Origin: Minisyncoccota bacterium
GTDB taxonomy: Bacteria > Patescibacteriota > Minisyncoccia > Phycocordibacterales > PALSA-1337
DNA length: 64,000 nucleotides
NCBI GenBank assembly: GCA_028713005.1
Contig: JAQTPC010000001.1
Location: forward strand, 33,414 to 97,413
Reading direction: 5' to 3'
Shown: one piece after another, positions 1 to 9,646 of the stretch
Layout of the letters: the number at the start of each line of letters is the position of its first letter
Numbering within the stretch: the first letter of the stretch is position 1
The notes under the pieces: generated by a model
Seen by the model: the letters and a program-made list of their open reading frames with translations, nothing else
Databases searched by the model: none
What the model was told of the DNA's origin: nothing
Translations under genes and position numbers: made by a program

Positions 1-1283
1 TTTTGATTGAAACGCAAAGTAACCTTGTAAGAGCTAATACCATTTTTGATGGTCTCTGAAGGACTAACAAGGTATACAGAAGCAGGGAAAATAGCACCTG
101 ATCCATATGCATCAAAAGTGATGGTGGCAGGATTTCCTGGATTCATTGAGCCAATAGTGTTCTGAGGTACATATACCTCGATGTTGTAGAGATTCGTATT
201 GATAATGCCAATATTTTCTCCTGCAGATATGCCAGGCACTACTACCTCACCAACTTTCATATTCACATCGGTGATTGTTCCATCAAAAGGAGCCAAGATG
301 TATGTCTGAGATAATGCACTTCGATATGCTTCAACTTGTGCAGATGCCTTTGCCAAGAGAGCAGATTGTGATTGAAGATCTTCGTTTCGAGTACCTGCAT
401 TTTCAAGAGTGAGACTACCGTGTGCACTGCTCCAAGCCGCGTCAGATGCAGTAAATGTATTTGATGCAGCGGTGACTTGCTGTTGAGCTCCGTTCACTGC
501 TGTCATTGCAGTATTTATCATTGACTGAGTCATGCCTGAATTTCCAACTGAAAGGGCGTTAGTGATAGCGCTCAGATGCGTGAGAAATGTTTGGGCAGAT
601 GAAAGGCCGTTACGTGTCATTGCACGTGCAGTGTCTATCGAAGTAGTTGCATTGGTTATGTTTGAAAGAGCAGTTTTCCATGCATCGAGCTTGTCTTTCA
701 CATTTACACGCTCAGCATCGATAGTCATTTGCTGGGTCAAATTTTCGGTACGGATATTGATAGTTGGATTGACGGTGTTTCCATTAAGAAAAAGTGAGTC
801 GGATTTGTTTGTCAAAGCATCAACTGTCTGAAGGTAGGCATTGTTCATCGCTACAGTAAGTGCTGATGAACTATCAGTGTATTTTTGACTGTAGAGGGCT
901 AGTTCTTCAGGTCGGGCGCCACTTTCAAGCTTACTCAACTGTGATTCACTCGCAGAAAGATCAGCGAGCGCTCCATCAAGTTGCGCTTGAATCGTGCCAG
1001 AATCGAGGTGAGCCAAAATATCTCCTTTGTGCACCACATCACCTGAATGTACTCGAACTTCAACGATTTTTCCTTGTGTACTAAAAGAAAGCTCTGATTC
1101 TTGTTCAGCTACGACGCTTCCTGAAGCACGCACAATCTGTGTGATATTACGTCGTGCAACTGGTGCTGTGCTATAGGTTGGCGCATGGCGAGAAAGTACA
1201 TACGTAGTTACGCCGACTGCTACCGCAACCACTGCAATACCGATGCCGAGCCATAATTTGAGTTTTTGATCGTTAGTCTTCAT
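1..1283 (-). CDS. HlyD-family efflux adaptor (membrane fusion protein); C-terminus runs off the window start
   Basis: Reverse strand translates from ATG at 1283 as MKTNDQKLKLWLGIGIAVVAV... (N-terminal TM), then coiled-coil and beta-barrel/lipoyl-like segments typical of periplasmic adaptor subunits (…VHSGDVVHKGDILAHLD…). No stop before position 1. The ORF track lists no ORF here, so this is my own translation and the partial extent is my inference. Confidence 0.55.
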   Translation of the reverse strand, partial: MKTNDQKLKLWLGIGIAVVAVAVGVTTYVLSRHAPTYSTAPVARRNITQIVRASGSVVAEQESELSFSTQGKIVEVRVHSGDVVHKGDILAHLDSGTIQAQLDGALADLSASESQLSKLESGARPEELALYSQKYTDSSSALTVAMNNAYLQTVDALTNKSDSLFLNGNTVNPTINIRTENLTQQMTIDAERVNVKDKLDAWKTALSNITNATTSIDTARAMTRNGLSSAQTFLTHLSAITNALSVGNSGMTQSMINTAMTAVNGAQQQVTAASNTFTASDAAWSSAHGSLTLENAGTRNEDLQSQSALLAKASAQVEAYRSALSQTYILAPFDGTITDVNMKVGEVVVPGISAGENIGIINTNLYNIEVYVPQNTIGSMNPGNPATITFDAYGSGAIFPASVYLVSPSETIKNGISSYKVTLRFNQ

Positions 1284-1290
1284 AAGATAT

Positions 1291-1728
1291 TTATTGATTA
1301 TTTTGTAATTTACTCAGTATCCGTGTCAGTTCGATCTGTTCTTCATCTGATAAGACAGAGGCTCGTTGATTGAATGCTTCATAAATCGCTGAGCGGTTCT
1401 TCTCAAATGTTTTCTTGCCTTGAGTAGTGAGTTCTATACGTGTGACTCGACGGTCATCTACATCTTCGTAGCGAGTGACGTCTTTGCTCTCAACGAGACG
1501 ATCGATGATGGCTGTCACTGCAGGGGAGGATATGCCAAGCTCGTCCGCGATATATTTCATCGAAGGATTTTTTTGCTCATACGCAATAGTCATGGTCTTC
1601 ATTTCAAGAAAAGAACATGCGGGGGCCACTGATCGCATTGTCTTGTACATTGAACGAGTGAGTGACACCAGCAATGAAGCAATGTCTGTTGTGCTTGATG
1701 CGCGTTTCGATTTTATGGCTGTAGACAT
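1291..1728 (-). CDS. MarR-family transcriptional regulator
   Basis: 145 aa with a winged-HTH MarR signature (…ADELGISSPAVTAIIDRLVESKDVTRYEDVDDRRVTRIELTTQGKK…). Sits immediately upstream of the efflux adaptor gene. Confidence 0.8.
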   Translation of the reverse strand: MSTAIKSKRASSTTDIASLLVSLTRSMYKTMRSVAPACSFLEMKTMTIAYEQKNPSMKYIADELGISSPAVTAIIDRLVESKDVTRYEDVDDRRVTRIELTTQGKKTFEKNRSAIYEAFNQRASVLSDEEQIELTRILSKLQNNQ

Positions 1729-1796
1729 AGTTATTATGGTGAATAGTTAAGTATGTGAAGTATTATATCACACCACAAACTAGATGCAACTACTCC

Positions 1797-1826
1797 CAGG
1801 TCCGACCTAGTTCTAGGTCGGACCTG
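1797..1826. repeat. Family-1 palindromic element caggtccgacctag-tt-ctaggtcggacctg
   Basis: Perfect 14-bp inverted repeat with a 2-nt centre. The same unit recurs at 5584-5667, 10347-10379 and 14793-14880. Confidence 0.8.
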
Positions 1827-1829
1827 TAA

Positions 1830-2348
1830 CTACAGACGGTACATCGGACGAAAATAGAGCAGGATTATATTTGCAATGCCAAAAACAAGTGAGAGTAGCC
1901 ACGTACCTATACTCACGTTACTAGAGATAACTAGAGCGAATGCTATTACACATAAAATAACGCCGGCTGAATCAATCTTTATCTTTTTTATAAGTAGTTG
2001 TGGGTAAGATATCTTTCCCCAGAGTAAAACGTATTTTGTAACCGCAAGAATAAAAAGACCCGTGACAGTAAGCATGAAAACGAATGGATTATTAAAGTTA
2101 AAAGCAAGAAATAGATACAAGATTACTAAAATAATATCGACAGAATCTTGTAGAAAGTTATGTGCACCCGCGATTGTCGTGAAAAGCCTCATTGAATAGT
2201 ATGTATTGAGTGTAATCGAAGCGTAAAAAATAATAAGAGGCAGAGCAGTTAAAAAATCACTCACAGAAAAGATCAACCCAACAATTCCAGCCAAACTGAG
2301 TAGTACGGTTACACCAACTGTCTTTATGTGTGGGCTAATTTTATTCAT
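1830..2348 (-). CDS. polytopic membrane protein, function unknown (adjacent to a glycosyltransferase pair)
   Basis: 172 aa, about five hydrophobic helices and no recognisable catalytic motif. Confidence 0.4.
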   Translation of the reverse strand: MNKISPHIKTVGVTVLLSLAGIVGLIFSVSDFLTALPLIIFYASITLNTYYSMRLFTTIAGAHNFLQDSVDIILVILYLFLAFNFNNPFVFMLTVTGLFILAVTKYVLLWGKISYPQLLIKKIKIDSAGVILCVIAFALVISSNVSIGTWLLSLVFGIANIILLYFRPMYRL

Positions 2349-2352
2349 AGTA

Positions 2353-3087
2353 CTATTTGTTCGTTCGAGACAATTTACGAATATCGGTTGATTTTTTGGT
2401 GAACGGTCGTTTAAAAAGTATTGGCCATAAAAAATTGAGCGCGTACGTGATGTTTGTTTTGATCAATCCCTCTTCACTAAATCGACGGCTCGAGGAATGA
2501 ATAAAGAAACTCATATCAAAAACCACTTTACCGTGTTTGCTCAAACGTCGTGCTATGTCTGTATCCTCACCATAAAAATCAATGCTCTGATCAAAGCCGC
2601 CCATGGCGAGTAGTGCATCTTTGCGAGCGACAAAATTGCCGCCGAGTACCATATAACCAACAATGCGGTATGTAAAAGGTGCAGTTAGCCACCACACTAA
2701 ATGCATGACATTATTTTTCCATTTGATACCGTCATGATAACGGTAAGGACCACTAAGACAAACAGTATTGGGTTGCTCGTTAAATATCTTTTCTACTTTT
2801 GATACCCAATGAGGTGGTAAAAGGGTATCTGCATCGATATAAGCTATGATATCTCCTGTGGATGCTTCGAGGCCACACTGTCGGGCTCTGGTCAGACCCT
2901 TCTTTGATTCATGTACAACTTTTACTCCGGAAACACTCAGTGCGTATTCTCTTGTTTTATCGGTACTCGCATTGTCTACAACAATGATTTCATGAAATTT
3001 TCCATCTGAATGTTTGATGGCAGATTCAAGACATTTCTTGATACATAGCTCTTCATTATATGCAGGTATGATGAGTGAGATTTTCAT
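2353..3087 (-). CDS. family-2 glycosyltransferase
   Basis: N-terminal LIIPAYNEE…VVDNASTDKT…DADT motifs characteristic of the GT-A fold GT2. Confidence 0.8.
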   Translation of the reverse strand: MKISLIIPAYNEELCIKKCLESAIKHSDGKFHEIIVVDNASTDKTREYALSVSGVKVVHESKKGLTRARQCGLEASTGDIIAYIDADTLLPPHWVSKVEKIFNEQPNTVCLSGPYRYHDGIKWKNNVMHLVWWLTAPFTYRIVGYMVLGGNFVARKDALLAMGGFDQSIDFYGEDTDIARRLSKHGKVVFDMSFFIHSSSRRFSEEGLIKTNITYALNFLWPILFKRPFTKKSTDIRKLSRTNK

Positions 3088-3091
3088 GTAA

Positions 3092-3832
3092 TTATTTGGC
3101 CTGATCAGATGTTTTTTCCCACCATCGTTCCCAGTTTTTTGCTTTTGCAGTACCGAAAACCATCAGCCAAAAGCTATTCACCATCCAAATTGATAGTAAC
3201 TTCGGCCAACCAAGGGCATGTGCACGACGTCCGCTATGTATAACAACCAATTCGGAATCGTATAATGTTCGACCAATTTTAGATAAACGATGAAAGAGGT
3301 CAGCATCTTCACGGGTGACGAGATCCTCGCGAAATCCGCGTATTTTTTCAAAAGCTTCTCGAGTAACCATTTGAAATTTGCCTGCTGCTTCGCCAGTACG
3401 AAGAATATTATTCTTAATAAAATGTGTGCTATTAAATATAAAATACATTAGCCGGTCGCCCCACGTGCGTGTTTCAGGGTATACGTTGAGTTTGGCGGTC
3501 AATCCAACAAGATTAGGTATAGACCTAAAATCATCAAGTGCACAGGTGAAGAATGCATCAGGATTCTCGATCAAACAACTACTGTCGATGAATACCAAAA
3601 AATCTCCCTGAGCAATTTTTGCTCCTGCATTTCTATTTGCTGCTATCGTCGTGTGCTTTTCACTTGGCACGAGCACATTTTTTGTATACTTTCGAGCAAT
3701 AGAAACTGTATTATCAATACTTTTATCGTCAGTTACAATTATCTCGTGAGGAATCTTCAACAATGAAAGATTTTCTAAGGTTTTTCCCAGATATTTTTCT
3801 TCATTATATGTAGGTATGATAATTGAAATCAT
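3092..3832 (-). CDS. family-2 glycosyltransferase
   Basis: IIIPTYNEEKYL…VTDDKSIDNT…FIDSS motifs. Tandem with the preceding GT2, separated by a 4-nt gap. Confidence 0.8.
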   Translation of the reverse strand: MISIIIPTYNEEKYLGKTLENLSLLKIPHEIIVTDDKSIDNTVSIARKYTKNVLVPSEKHTTIAANRNAGAKIAQGDFLVFIDSSCLIENPDAFFTCALDDFRSIPNLVGLTAKLNVYPETRTWGDRLMYFIFNSTHFIKNNILRTGEAAGKFQMVTREAFEKIRGFREDLVTREDADLFHRLSKIGRTLYDSELVVIHSGRRAHALGWPKLLSIWMVNSFWLMVFGTAKAKNWERWWEKTSDQAK

Positions 3833-3848
3833 GTTTATGAGATATAGC

Positions 3849-4484
3849 TTACAATGACTGTGCTTTGTTTTTTAATTTTTTGAAATATCGATAACCAATA
3901 TATGCGAGAACGAGCAAGCCGACTGTTAGTGTAATCTTCCCAAGAACATTATCGATGGTGACATATAGATTACTAAAGAAATATCCAGCGCCGAGGAGGA
4001 AACCAGTCCATATGAGTTGACCGATCATGTTTACCAGGATATATCTTCCAAAAGGAATTTTAACCATACCTGCTGTCATCAGAGTGACAATGGCAAAACC
4101 AAGTCCGTTTGATATTTTCGAAAGAAAGAGGACGACATGTTTATGCTTATGAAATAGTCGCGTCATACGCTCTACGCCAGCCTCAGTGATACTGAAACGA
4201 TGTCCATGCTTTCCGATAAATGAATGACCGTACCTACGGCCAATGTAATACCAGATCACATCACCTACGAGATCGCCAATCATAAGTGCGATGTATATAG
4301 GCCAGAAGAAAAAGAAACCGAGACGGAGCAGAACACCGAGAATAAGAGATATCCATGGACCTTCGGCACATGCAATCACTGCAACGGCAATATAGACGAG
4401 ATAATCATGAGTCACACCGAAACCAATAATCCAGTTTGCTATGTCGGGTAGGGACTGATTCATGTGTAATTCAGATTGTACCAC
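3849..4484 (-). CDS. DedA/VTT-family membrane protein
   Basis: …GDLVGDVIWYYIGRRYG… motif and multi-TM profile of the DedA/SNARE-associated family. The start could instead be the internal Met at 4463. Confidence 0.6.
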   Translation of the reverse strand: MVQSELHMNQSLPDIANWIIGFGVTHDYLVYIAVAVIACAEGPWISLILGVLLRLGFFFFWPIYIALMIGDLVGDVIWYYIGRRYGHSFIGKHGHRFSITEAGVERMTRLFHKHKHVVLFLSKISNGLGFAIVTLMTAGMVKIPFGRYILVNMIGQLIWTGFLLGAGYFFSNLYVTIDNVLGKITLTVGLLVLAYIGYRYFKKLKNKAQSL

Positions 4485-4516
4485 GATTTTATGCCCATTT
4501 ATGTTATATTGTTTTT

Positions 4517-5587
4517 ATGTATAAAAAACTCCTTAAGCCGATTTTATTCCGTTTTGACCCAGAAACGGTGCACGACTTCTTTACGTGGACAGGAGAATTG
4601 CTCGGTAGGTCCGCTTTAACACGTTTTGTGGTAGCAAAGGTGTACGGTTACACTGGAAAAAATATTTCAAAAACAGTTGATGGTGTCACCTATAAAACAC
4701 CAATTCTTCTTTCTGCAGGCTTTGACTACAATGGCCGACTTGCGCAGATTTTGCCTCATATTAGTTTTGGTGGAGAAGAGGTGGGCTCAGTCACGGCGAG
4801 ACCATGTGAGGGAAATCCAAAGCCTCGTTTGACTCGATTGCCTCAGTCAAAGAGTATTATTGTGAACAAAGGATTGAGGAATGAGGGAGTCGATAAAGTA
4901 ATTGAGCGCTTAAAACAGAGAATTCCGAGATTTAATAACCAAGTAACAATAACCAATGATCAAAAAAAGGTAGATTTTGTAGTCGGTATCTCTATCGCAC
5001 GAACGAATGATGAGAAATCAGCTGCGTCAGTGCAGGCAGGCACTGATGATTACGTATATTCGTTTAAGAGGCTCAATGAGGAAAATGTCGGTGACTATTA
5101 TACGATCAATATATCGTGCCCGAATGCTTTTGGTGGCGAAACGTTTGCTAAACCTGAGCTGTTGGGCCAGCTTTTGCCTGCACTCATGAAGATTCCGTGC
5201 ACAAAGCCTGTATACGTGAAGATGCCCATCAATATTCCGTGGGATCATTTTGCACAACTCCTCAAAATAATTGATGAAAATAAATTGCACGGTGTTGTCA
5301 TTGGTAACTTAAATAAAGACTATAGCTGGCTTGATGTTCGTGAAGAGGCTCCAAAAGAATACGTTGGTGGACTTTCTGGTAAGCCTTGCACCCACCCTTC
5401 GACTGACTTAATCAGAAAAACAAAAGAAGTATATGGAGATCGATTCACCATCATCGGTGTAGGAGGCATCATGTCTCCAGAGACTGCTCGGGAGAAGTTT
5501 GAAGCTGGTGCAGATCTGATACAGCTCATCACGGGTATGATCTATGAGGGGCCAGGGTTGGTAAGGAAAATTGCGAAAAGTTGCTAG
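4517..5587 (+). CDS. pyrD: dihydroorotate dehydrogenase (class 2-like)
   Basis: FDPETVH, GFDYNG, GSVTARPCEGNPKPRLTRL and NKGLRNEGV motifs of PyrD. The ORF-track start at 4436 overlaps the divergent dedA-like gene, so I placed the start at MYKKLL (4517). Confidence 0.8.
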   Translation: MYKKLLKPILFRFDPETVHDFFTWTGELLGRSALTRFVVAKVYGYTGKNISKTVDGVTYKTPILLSAGFDYNGRLAQILPHISFGGEEVGSVTARPCEGNPKPRLTRLPQSKSIIVNKGLRNEGVDKVIERLKQRIPRFNNQVTITNDQKKVDFVVGISIARTNDEKSAASVQAGTDDYVYSFKRLNEENVGDYYTINISCPNAFGGETFAKPELLGQLLPALMKIPCTKPVYVKMPINIPWDHFAQLLKIIDENKLHGVVIGNLNKDYSWLDVREEAPKEYVGGLSGKPCTHPSTDLIRKTKEVYGDRFTIIGVGGIMSPETAREKFEAGADLIQLITGMIYEGPGLVRKIAKSC

Positions 5588-5667
5588 GTCCGACCTGTAA
5601 GCAACGTGTTTACTTAACGAAATGATGATTTTTTTAACAGGTCCGACCTGGTTCTAGGTCGGACCTG
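5584..5667. repeat. Family-1 composite element (single arm + 36-nt spacer + full palindrome)
   Basis: ctaggtccgacctg at 5584-5597, then a spacer, then caggtccgacctggttctaggtcggacctg at 5638-5667. The spacer is the reverse complement of the spacer in the 14793-14880 copy. Confidence 0.8.
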
Positions 5668-5675
5668 TTAAAAAA

Positions 5676-5700
5676 GCGACCACGTGGTGAAGGTGGTCGC
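5676..5700 (-). terminator. intrinsic terminator of the 5725-6225 gene
   Basis: gcgaccac-N9-gtggtcgc hairpin, followed on the minus strand by a T-run. Confidence 0.6.
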
Positions 5701-5724
5701 GATTGTGTGTTGATGTATGAAAAC

Positions 5725-6225
5725 TTAGTGATGATTGCACTGATGATGATCAGGGCGACGATAACGCTCGCTTCGTTGTTGTGTGCGCAAGAGGCGTTTC
5801 TCAAGCTTAAGACCGTTGCGGTGAGCGTGGCCCTGGAGCTTACGCTTGAAACGATGGAGCGACGTCTTGAGATAGGTTGTTATTTTCCGGAACAGTTCAC
5901 CCATAGTTTGGCCGTGGTAGATTTTGATGGAGTGAATTTGTTTTCCTCTCCATGAGGCCAAAGAATCCCTGTCAGCAAACTGCGTGTAGATAGCCATCTT
6001 GGTGCTCTCGACTCGCAGGGGCACAAACTCCTCTTTACCACCTTCTTCGAGAGTCACCAGAAAGGTGATTCCAGACTTGCGCTTCATGCGAGCCGCGGCT
6101 GCTGCGAACCCTTTGAAGGGAATATTGAGTTTCTCACTCATATTCTTGATGTGGTTCAACATGTTTTCAACCACGTATATGGGCTCCATGCGCGGATCGA
6201 TAACTTCATCTAATGTGATTTCCAT
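5725..6225 (-). CDS. hypothetical protein (basic low-complexity C-terminus)
   Basis: 166-aa ORF with a terminator downstream. No recognisable domain, and the 3' third is low complexity. Confidence 0.4.
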   Translation of the reverse strand: MEITLDEVIDPRMEPIYVVENMLNHIKNMSEKLNIPFKGFAAAAARMKRKSGITFLVTLEEGGKEEFVPLRVESTKMAIYTQFADRDSLASWRGKQIHSIKIYHGQTMGELFRKITTYLKTSLHRFKRKLQGHAHRNGLKLEKRLLRTQQRSERYRRPDHHQCNHH

Positions 6226-6375
6226 TTCGAACTCCTTTTGTTAGTTGTTTGCAGAACTTACTCCGAATTTGATTATTCTCCTTTATTGTTGAAATGTAAA
6301 GGGTGGCTGTGCATATCATTATGATATACTAGAGCACGTAATCCTTACCCATTAAATTCATTCACTTTTTATCAC

Positions 6376-7407
6376 ATGAAAAAAATCCGCGTCGCTATCA
6401 ATGGTTTCGGTCGCATCGGTCGTGCTTTCGCCAAAATCGCTAAAAACCGCGATGAGATCGAGCTCGTCGCTATCAATGATCTTGGTAGTATCAAAAATTT
6501 TGCGTATCTCCTCAAATACGACACAGCGTACGGTGTCAGTCCATTCGATGTCACTGCTGATGAGACAAAAGGCATACTCAGTATCGATGGTCATGATGTT
6601 CAGTACATCTCTGAAAAGGATCCAACCAAGCTTCCATGGAAATCAATGGATATTGATGTAGTTATCGAGTGTACAGGCCTCTTCACCTCTGCTGAAAAGG
6701 CTCAAGCTCATATCAATGCTGGCGCAAAGCGCGTAGTTGTTTCAGCTCCTATAAAGGATGAGGCAGGTTCAGCGTACAAGGGTGAGACTATTCTGATGGC
6801 AATGAATGAAAACAAGCTTGAGACATGCACGGTATCATCAAATGCCTCATGTACGACAAACGCTTCAAGTCCACTTATCGCTATTCTCGATGAAACTATT
6901 GGTATTCACAAAGCTATTTTGAATACGGTTCATGCGTATACTGCTTCACAAGCTCTCGTTGATGGTCCAAGCAAGAAAGACCTCCGTGAAGGCCGTGCGG
7001 CAGCTCAGAACATCGTTCCTTCTTCGACCGGTGCGGCCATCGCTGTCACCAAGGTTGCCACACAGCTTGAAAATAAGTTTGACGGTATCTCTATCCGTGT
7101 ACCAGTCGTTACCGGATCTATTGTGGACGTGACATTTGTTGCAAAGAGAAAGACGTCAGCTGAGGAAGTAAACTCAATTCTCAAGAAAGCAGCTGCGGAA
7201 GCACGCTGGAATGGTATTTTTGCGGTGACTGAAGAACCTCTTGTATCACATGACATTGTCGGCAACCGTCATGCATCTATAGCTGACCTTGAGATGACAC
7301 GTGTTGTTGATGGAGATCTCGTGAAGGTGCTGGCGTGGTATGACAATGAGACAGGGTATACGTATACGTTGGTTGATCATGTGATCAAGGCAGGGAGGTT
7401 GGTTTAA
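6376..7407 (+). CDS. gap: glyceraldehyde-3-phosphate dehydrogenase
   Basis: INGFGRIGR Rossmann motif and catalytic SNASCTTN. Confidence 0.92.
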   Translation: MKKIRVAINGFGRIGRAFAKIAKNRDEIELVAINDLGSIKNFAYLLKYDTAYGVSPFDVTADETKGILSIDGHDVQYISEKDPTKLPWKSMDIDVVIECTGLFTSAEKAQAHINAGAKRVVVSAPIKDEAGSAYKGETILMAMNENKLETCTVSSNASCTTNASSPLIAILDETIGIHKAILNTVHAYTASQALVDGPSKKDLREGRAAAQNIVPSSTGAAIAVTKVATQLENKFDGISIRVPVVTGSIVDVTFVAKRKTSAEEVNSILKKAAAEARWNGIFAVTEEPLVSHDIVGNRHASIADLEMTRVVDGDLVKVLAWYDNETGYTYTLVDHVIKAGRLV

Positions 7408-7416
7408 ATCAAAACA

Positions 7417-7848
7417 ATGAATAAAATATATTTACTTATTTGCGTAGTTATCGTACTAATTTTAGTTGGCAGCTGCTTTCTTTATCAAAACTATTCATCT
7501 GACTGGAAAAATTATTTTGAAAATGGAATGAAGACAAATATTGTTTATCCTGCTGGATGGCAGGTAATTGGTGTGACCACATTCGCTTCGCCAACATCCA
7601 CTAGAGAAGCATATACAGCATTTTTACCACCCCACCACACAGCGATAGATATCGATACCGTATTCATGCTTTTCGCTCATGACTGTACGGTTATTAAGTC
7701 ACCAGTAAAATGTACTGGCGGCAGGAGCATGGAAGACAAAAATTCAGGTAGTAACGTCTTTTATACCTACAGTAACAATAAAGACATATTGGATATGTTT
7801 GACTCTATTGTTTCAAAAAATAAACTTAGTCAAGTATTTGAGAACTAA
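7417..7848 (+). CDS. hypothetical secreted/membrane-anchored protein
   Basis: N-terminal hydrophobic segment; no known motifs. Confidence 0.4.
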   Translation: MNKIYLLICVVIVLILVGSCFLYQNYSSDWKNYFENGMKTNIVYPAGWQVIGVTTFASPTSTREAYTAFLPPHHTAIDIDTVFMLFAHDCTVIKSPVKCTGGRSMEDKNSGSNVFYTYSNNKDILDMFDSIVSKNKLSQVFEN

Positions 7849-7862
7849 AATCAATTTGTTCT

Positions 7863-8192
7863 ATGGTCCCCTCAAACAAACCTATCATCAAATACGCCTT
7901 CATAAATGCCTCATTGATGTCTTTGTACGTCATTGTTATAGGCAGTTTCTTTCACTTTGCACCGGTGATATTTGGTGGGCAAAATAAACCTGACACGGTA
8001 TTTATCCCTATTGCCATGCTCCTGTTGTTTGTCTTTTCAGCAACACTCAGTGGCACCATCGTCCTCGGCAGACCAATACTTTGGTATCTCGACGGTAAAA
8101 AGAAAGAGGCTGTGATGCTCTTTTCTTACACACTATCATTACTTTTTGTCGCCATGAGCCTTGTATTCATTGTAATGGCACTATTTAGATAA
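7863..8192 (+). CDS. hypothetical integral membrane protein
   Basis: 109 aa with three predicted TM helices. Confidence 0.4.
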   Translation: MVPSNKPIIKYAFINASLMSLYVIVIGSFFHFAPVIFGGQNKPDTVFIPIAMLLLFVFSATLSGTIVLGRPILWYLDGKKKEAVMLFSYTLSLLFVAMSLVFIVMALFR

Positions 8193-8213
8193 TTAGTCAG
8201 ATAATACATTTCA

Positions 8214-8516
8214 ATGGCTTCATACAACAAACTTGTTCGAGATAAGATACCTGAGATACTCGACAAAAAGGGTGTCTCGTATGAAAAGAGGATAGCTGAT
8301 GATGCTGAATTCAAGGCTGAGCTTATAAAAAAGCTCACCGAAGAATGTGCTGAATTTGCGGAAGCAGGTGACCTTAATGAACTTGCTGATGTACTCGAAG
8401 TCATCAGCGCACTCAAAACCTTACCTGAATATACAGATGTTCTGGATGTACAAGATAAAAAACGCCTTGAACGTGGAGGTTTCGCACAAAAGATTATTTT
8501 GAAAGGGGAAAAATAG
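8214..8516 (+). CDS. MazG-like all-alpha NTP pyrophosphohydrolase (small house-cleaning type)
   Basis: KLVRDKIPEI…EE..E…EL.D. pattern of the PRA-PH/MazG-like superfamily, about 100 aa. Confidence 0.55.
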   Translation: MASYNKLVRDKIPEILDKKGVSYEKRIADDAEFKAELIKKLTEECAEFAEAGDLNELADVLEVISALKTLPEYTDVLDVQDKKRLERGGFAQKIILKGEK

Positions 8517-8603
8517 TGTTTTAGGGTTTCTTGAGAAATTCTTCATCATTTCTTTATCTCGGTCTGATACACTTGTTGCATTAGAATTTTAGGAATACAA
8601 TAA

Positions 8604-9161
8604 ATGCACACGATGACCACTTCAAACTACAATTTTGTCACCCAAGATGAGTTCAATGCCCACTCATTTCATGTTGATCAGAAATTCAACGATCTGACTG
8701 AGATCATGCTGGGTGAATTTGATAAGATGCATGAGAGATTTGAGCGAAATGACACCAAATTTACTTCTGTTGAAATTCAATTTAAGGCAATTGATAAAAG
8801 ATTTGTTGGTATCGAAGGTCACTTTACAGGTATTGATGCGCGACTCGATTCGATTGATACGAAGATTGGTACTTTAGAAAAAGATATGAAGGATGTGAAG
8901 CTTCACATGAAAAATACAAATAAGAGACTTACTTCTCTTGAGGATAAGTTTGAAGTTCTGGACCAGAAAATGGATACCGTCTTCGATAAACTCAGTAACC
9001 ACGATGAGAAATTTGATCAGATGATGTCTAGATTGAGCAAGCATGACGAGAAATTTAATCAAATAATGCTAGAACTGAGTAGTCACGATAAGAAATTCAG
9101 TCAAATAATGACAAAGCTCGATACACACAGCAAGCAATTAGATGCTATAATCGCAAAATGA
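8604..9161 (+). CDS. coiled-coil protein with three tandem 14-aa repeats
   Basis: Heptad-rich sequence. The C-terminus carries 3 x 42-nt repeats (8997-9122) encoding xHDEKF(D/N/S)Q(M/I)M..L(S/D). Confidence 0.5.
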   Translation: MHTMTTSNYNFVTQDEFNAHSFHVDQKFNDLTEIMLGEFDKMHERFERNDTKFTSVEIQFKAIDKRFVGIEGHFTGIDARLDSIDTKIGTLEKDMKDVKLHMKNTNKRLTSLEDKFEVLDQKMDTVFDKLSNHDEKFDQMMSRLSKHDEKFNQIMLELSSHDKKFSQIMTKLDTHSKQLDAIIAK

Positions 9162-9619
9162 AAACTCACCCTATTATTTTGGCCGCTGATCATGCTGGCT
9201 ACAAGCTCAAAGAAGAGATAAAGGTCTTTTTACAGGCAAAAGGATTCAAGATTGACGATATGGGCGCACATGCCTTTGTTGAAGACGATGATTATCCATA
9301 CTTCATGACTCAAGCAGCGCTTCGTATCGCTCAGGATTCCAGCGGTTTTGCTCGTGCCATCATCTTTGGCAAGTCTGGCCAAGGTGAGGCTATGGTCGCT
9401 AACCGTTTTCCGGGTGTTCGCGCAGCAGTGTACTACGGCGGCCCTCACGATATTTTGAAGCTCTCTCGTGAACATAACAATGCCAACATTCTCTCTATCG
9501 GTGCCGGCTTTGTCAGTGAGACAGAGGCGCAAGAGGCTATCATCCAGTGGTTAGAAACCCCATTTTCACATGAAGAAAAGCACCAGCGTCGTATCATCGA
9601 GATCGATTCGATAGAATAG
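9158..9619 (+). CDS. rpiB: ribose-5-phosphate isomerase B
   Basis: RpiB/LacAB-family signature MKTHPIILAADHAGYKLKEE… The start overlaps the previous stop (ATGA). Confidence 0.85.
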   Translation: MKTHPIILAADHAGYKLKEEIKVFLQAKGFKIDDMGAHAFVEDDDYPYFMTQAALRIAQDSSGFARAIIFGKSGQGEAMVANRFPGVRAAVYYGGPHDILKLSREHNNANILSIGAGFVSETEAQEAIIQWLETPFSHEEKHQRRIIEIDSIE

Positions 9620-9646
9620 TTCGTCGATCCATGCTACATTTTTGAT

